A stretch of 63,110 nucleotides of DNA, filler included, from Octopus bimaculoides (lineage: Eukaryota): assembly GCF_001194135.2 (NCBI RefSeq). It is 6 parts of 5 records of this genome, joined end to end, with 100 filler letters (N's around TTAATTAATTAA, not from the genome) between each part and the next. Parts side by side here need not be neighbours in the genome. Positions count along the whole stretch, not along the records: positions 61,034 to 63,110 come from NW_026314200.1; 5 more parts are not named here. One strand, 5' to 3'. Positions within the stretch are counted from its first letter, which is position 1. Each line of letters starts with the position of its first letter. Positions 61,821 to 63,110 of this stretch are shown here, piece by piece. The position numbers were made by a program, and so were the translations under genes. A model generated the notes under the pieces. The model was not told the origin of the DNA, ran no database searches, and worked only from the letters and a program-made list of their open reading frames with translations.

Positions 61821-62659
61821 CCTAANNNNNNNNNNNNNNNNNNNNNNNNNNNNNNNNNNNNNNNNNNNNNNNNNNNNNNNNNNNNNNNNNNNNNNNNNNN
61901 NNNNNNNNNNNNNNNNNNNNNNNNNNNNNNNNNNNNNNNNNNNNNNNNNNNNNNNNNNNNNNNNNNNNNNNNNNNNNNNNNNNNNNNNNNNNNNNNNNNN
62001 NNNNNNNNNNNNNNNNNNNNNNNNNNNNNNNNNNNNNNNNNNNNNNNNNNNNNNNNNNNNNNNNNNNNNNNNNNNNNNNNNNNNNNNNNNNNNNNNNNNN
62101 NNNNNNNNNNNNNNNNNNNNNNNNNNNNNNNNNNNNNNNNNNNNNNNNNNNNNNNNNNNNNNNNNNNNNNNNNNNNNNNNNNNNNNNNNNNNNNNATATG
62201 AATGCATATATATATATGTTATATATATATATATATATATATATGAATGCATATATATATATGTTTTATATATACATATATATATATATGAATGCATGTA
62301 TATATATGCTTTATATACATATATATAGAACACACACGCCAGTTCGATTTCCACTCATTTATTATCTATATATATATCTTTAGTACTAAGATTTCCTTTG
62401 CTTTTGCAATATTATCAACGGATGTGAACATCCGTTGACGAACATGTCGAACGATGGAACTTTGAACTTCATTCCTTCAACACCTCAAATGTTAGATCCC
62501 CTCCCTAAAGTTGGAAGGTCGGCTCATCCTACGATGTAATCAGTGAAGAAACATTATTATGGACCACCGAGACCCCAGACACAGCTTTTCAATTTGTAAT
62601 ACATTTTTTGGAACCTTTTTAATTCTCCATATCCTTTGCATCCCGTGTAAGTCGGTTCT

Positions 62660-62860
62660 TCTTTTTATTCTTTTATTCTTTTATTTGTTTCAGTCATTTA
62701 ACTACGGCCATGCTAGAGCACCGCCTTTAGTCAAGCAATTCGACCTCAGGACTTATTTTTTCTAAGCCTAGTACTTATGCTATTGGTCTCTTTTGCCAAA
62801 ACGCTAAGGTACAGGGACCTAAACACACTAGCATCGGTTGTCATGCGATGTTGGCGAGAC
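62660..62860 (-). mobile_element. SINE family D, 3' half
   Basis: ttgtttcagtcattt..ggccatgctagagcaccgccttt...cctagtactta...gctaagg. Confidence 0.85.
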
Positions 62861-62886
62861 AAACACACACACACAAAAAAAAACAT

Positions 62887-63001
<115 letters not shown>

Positions 63002-63110
63002 TATACCTGATTGAATGCCAAATGGGAAAGCTTTTTAAATTCTAAATAAACACACGCACTCACACATAGGTGTAAAGCCATTTGCTTAGAACTGTACAAT
63101 TCCGATATTG

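Overview
This is an AT-rich, microsatellite-dense animal genomic window with many N gaps. The SINE families and repeat landscape look like an octopus (coleoid cephalopod) draft assembly; this is inferred from recalled repeat families, not from a search. No host protein-coding exon, tRNA, rRNA or CRISPR array could be supported, and most listed ORFs are gap or microsatellite artefacts or transposon debris. The window holds decayed mobile elements: four R4/Dong-like REL retrotransposon pieces beside (TAA)n tracts, a TTAA-flanked GAG...CTC element read as Sola3-like, a full-length Tc1-like IR/DR element with a nested SINE, and RTE, Penelope, pogo/Tigger, mariner, HERO-like and Tx1/L1-like remnants. 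There are also hAT and mariner MITEs, Helitron 3' ends and about 25 tRNA-derived SINE copies in three families. The most interesting signal is RNA-level. There is a well-formed minimal type I hammerhead ribozyme on the minus strand (18153-18198) and two related hammerhead-like motifs (59832-59867, 61694-61730). Several repeat ends also carry the three hammerhead core elements in the non-canonical order GAAA, CUGAYGA, GUC at conserved spacing, a candidate rearranged hammerhead. All translations and alignments were done by eye; non-TSD element boundaries are approximate (about 10-30 bp).
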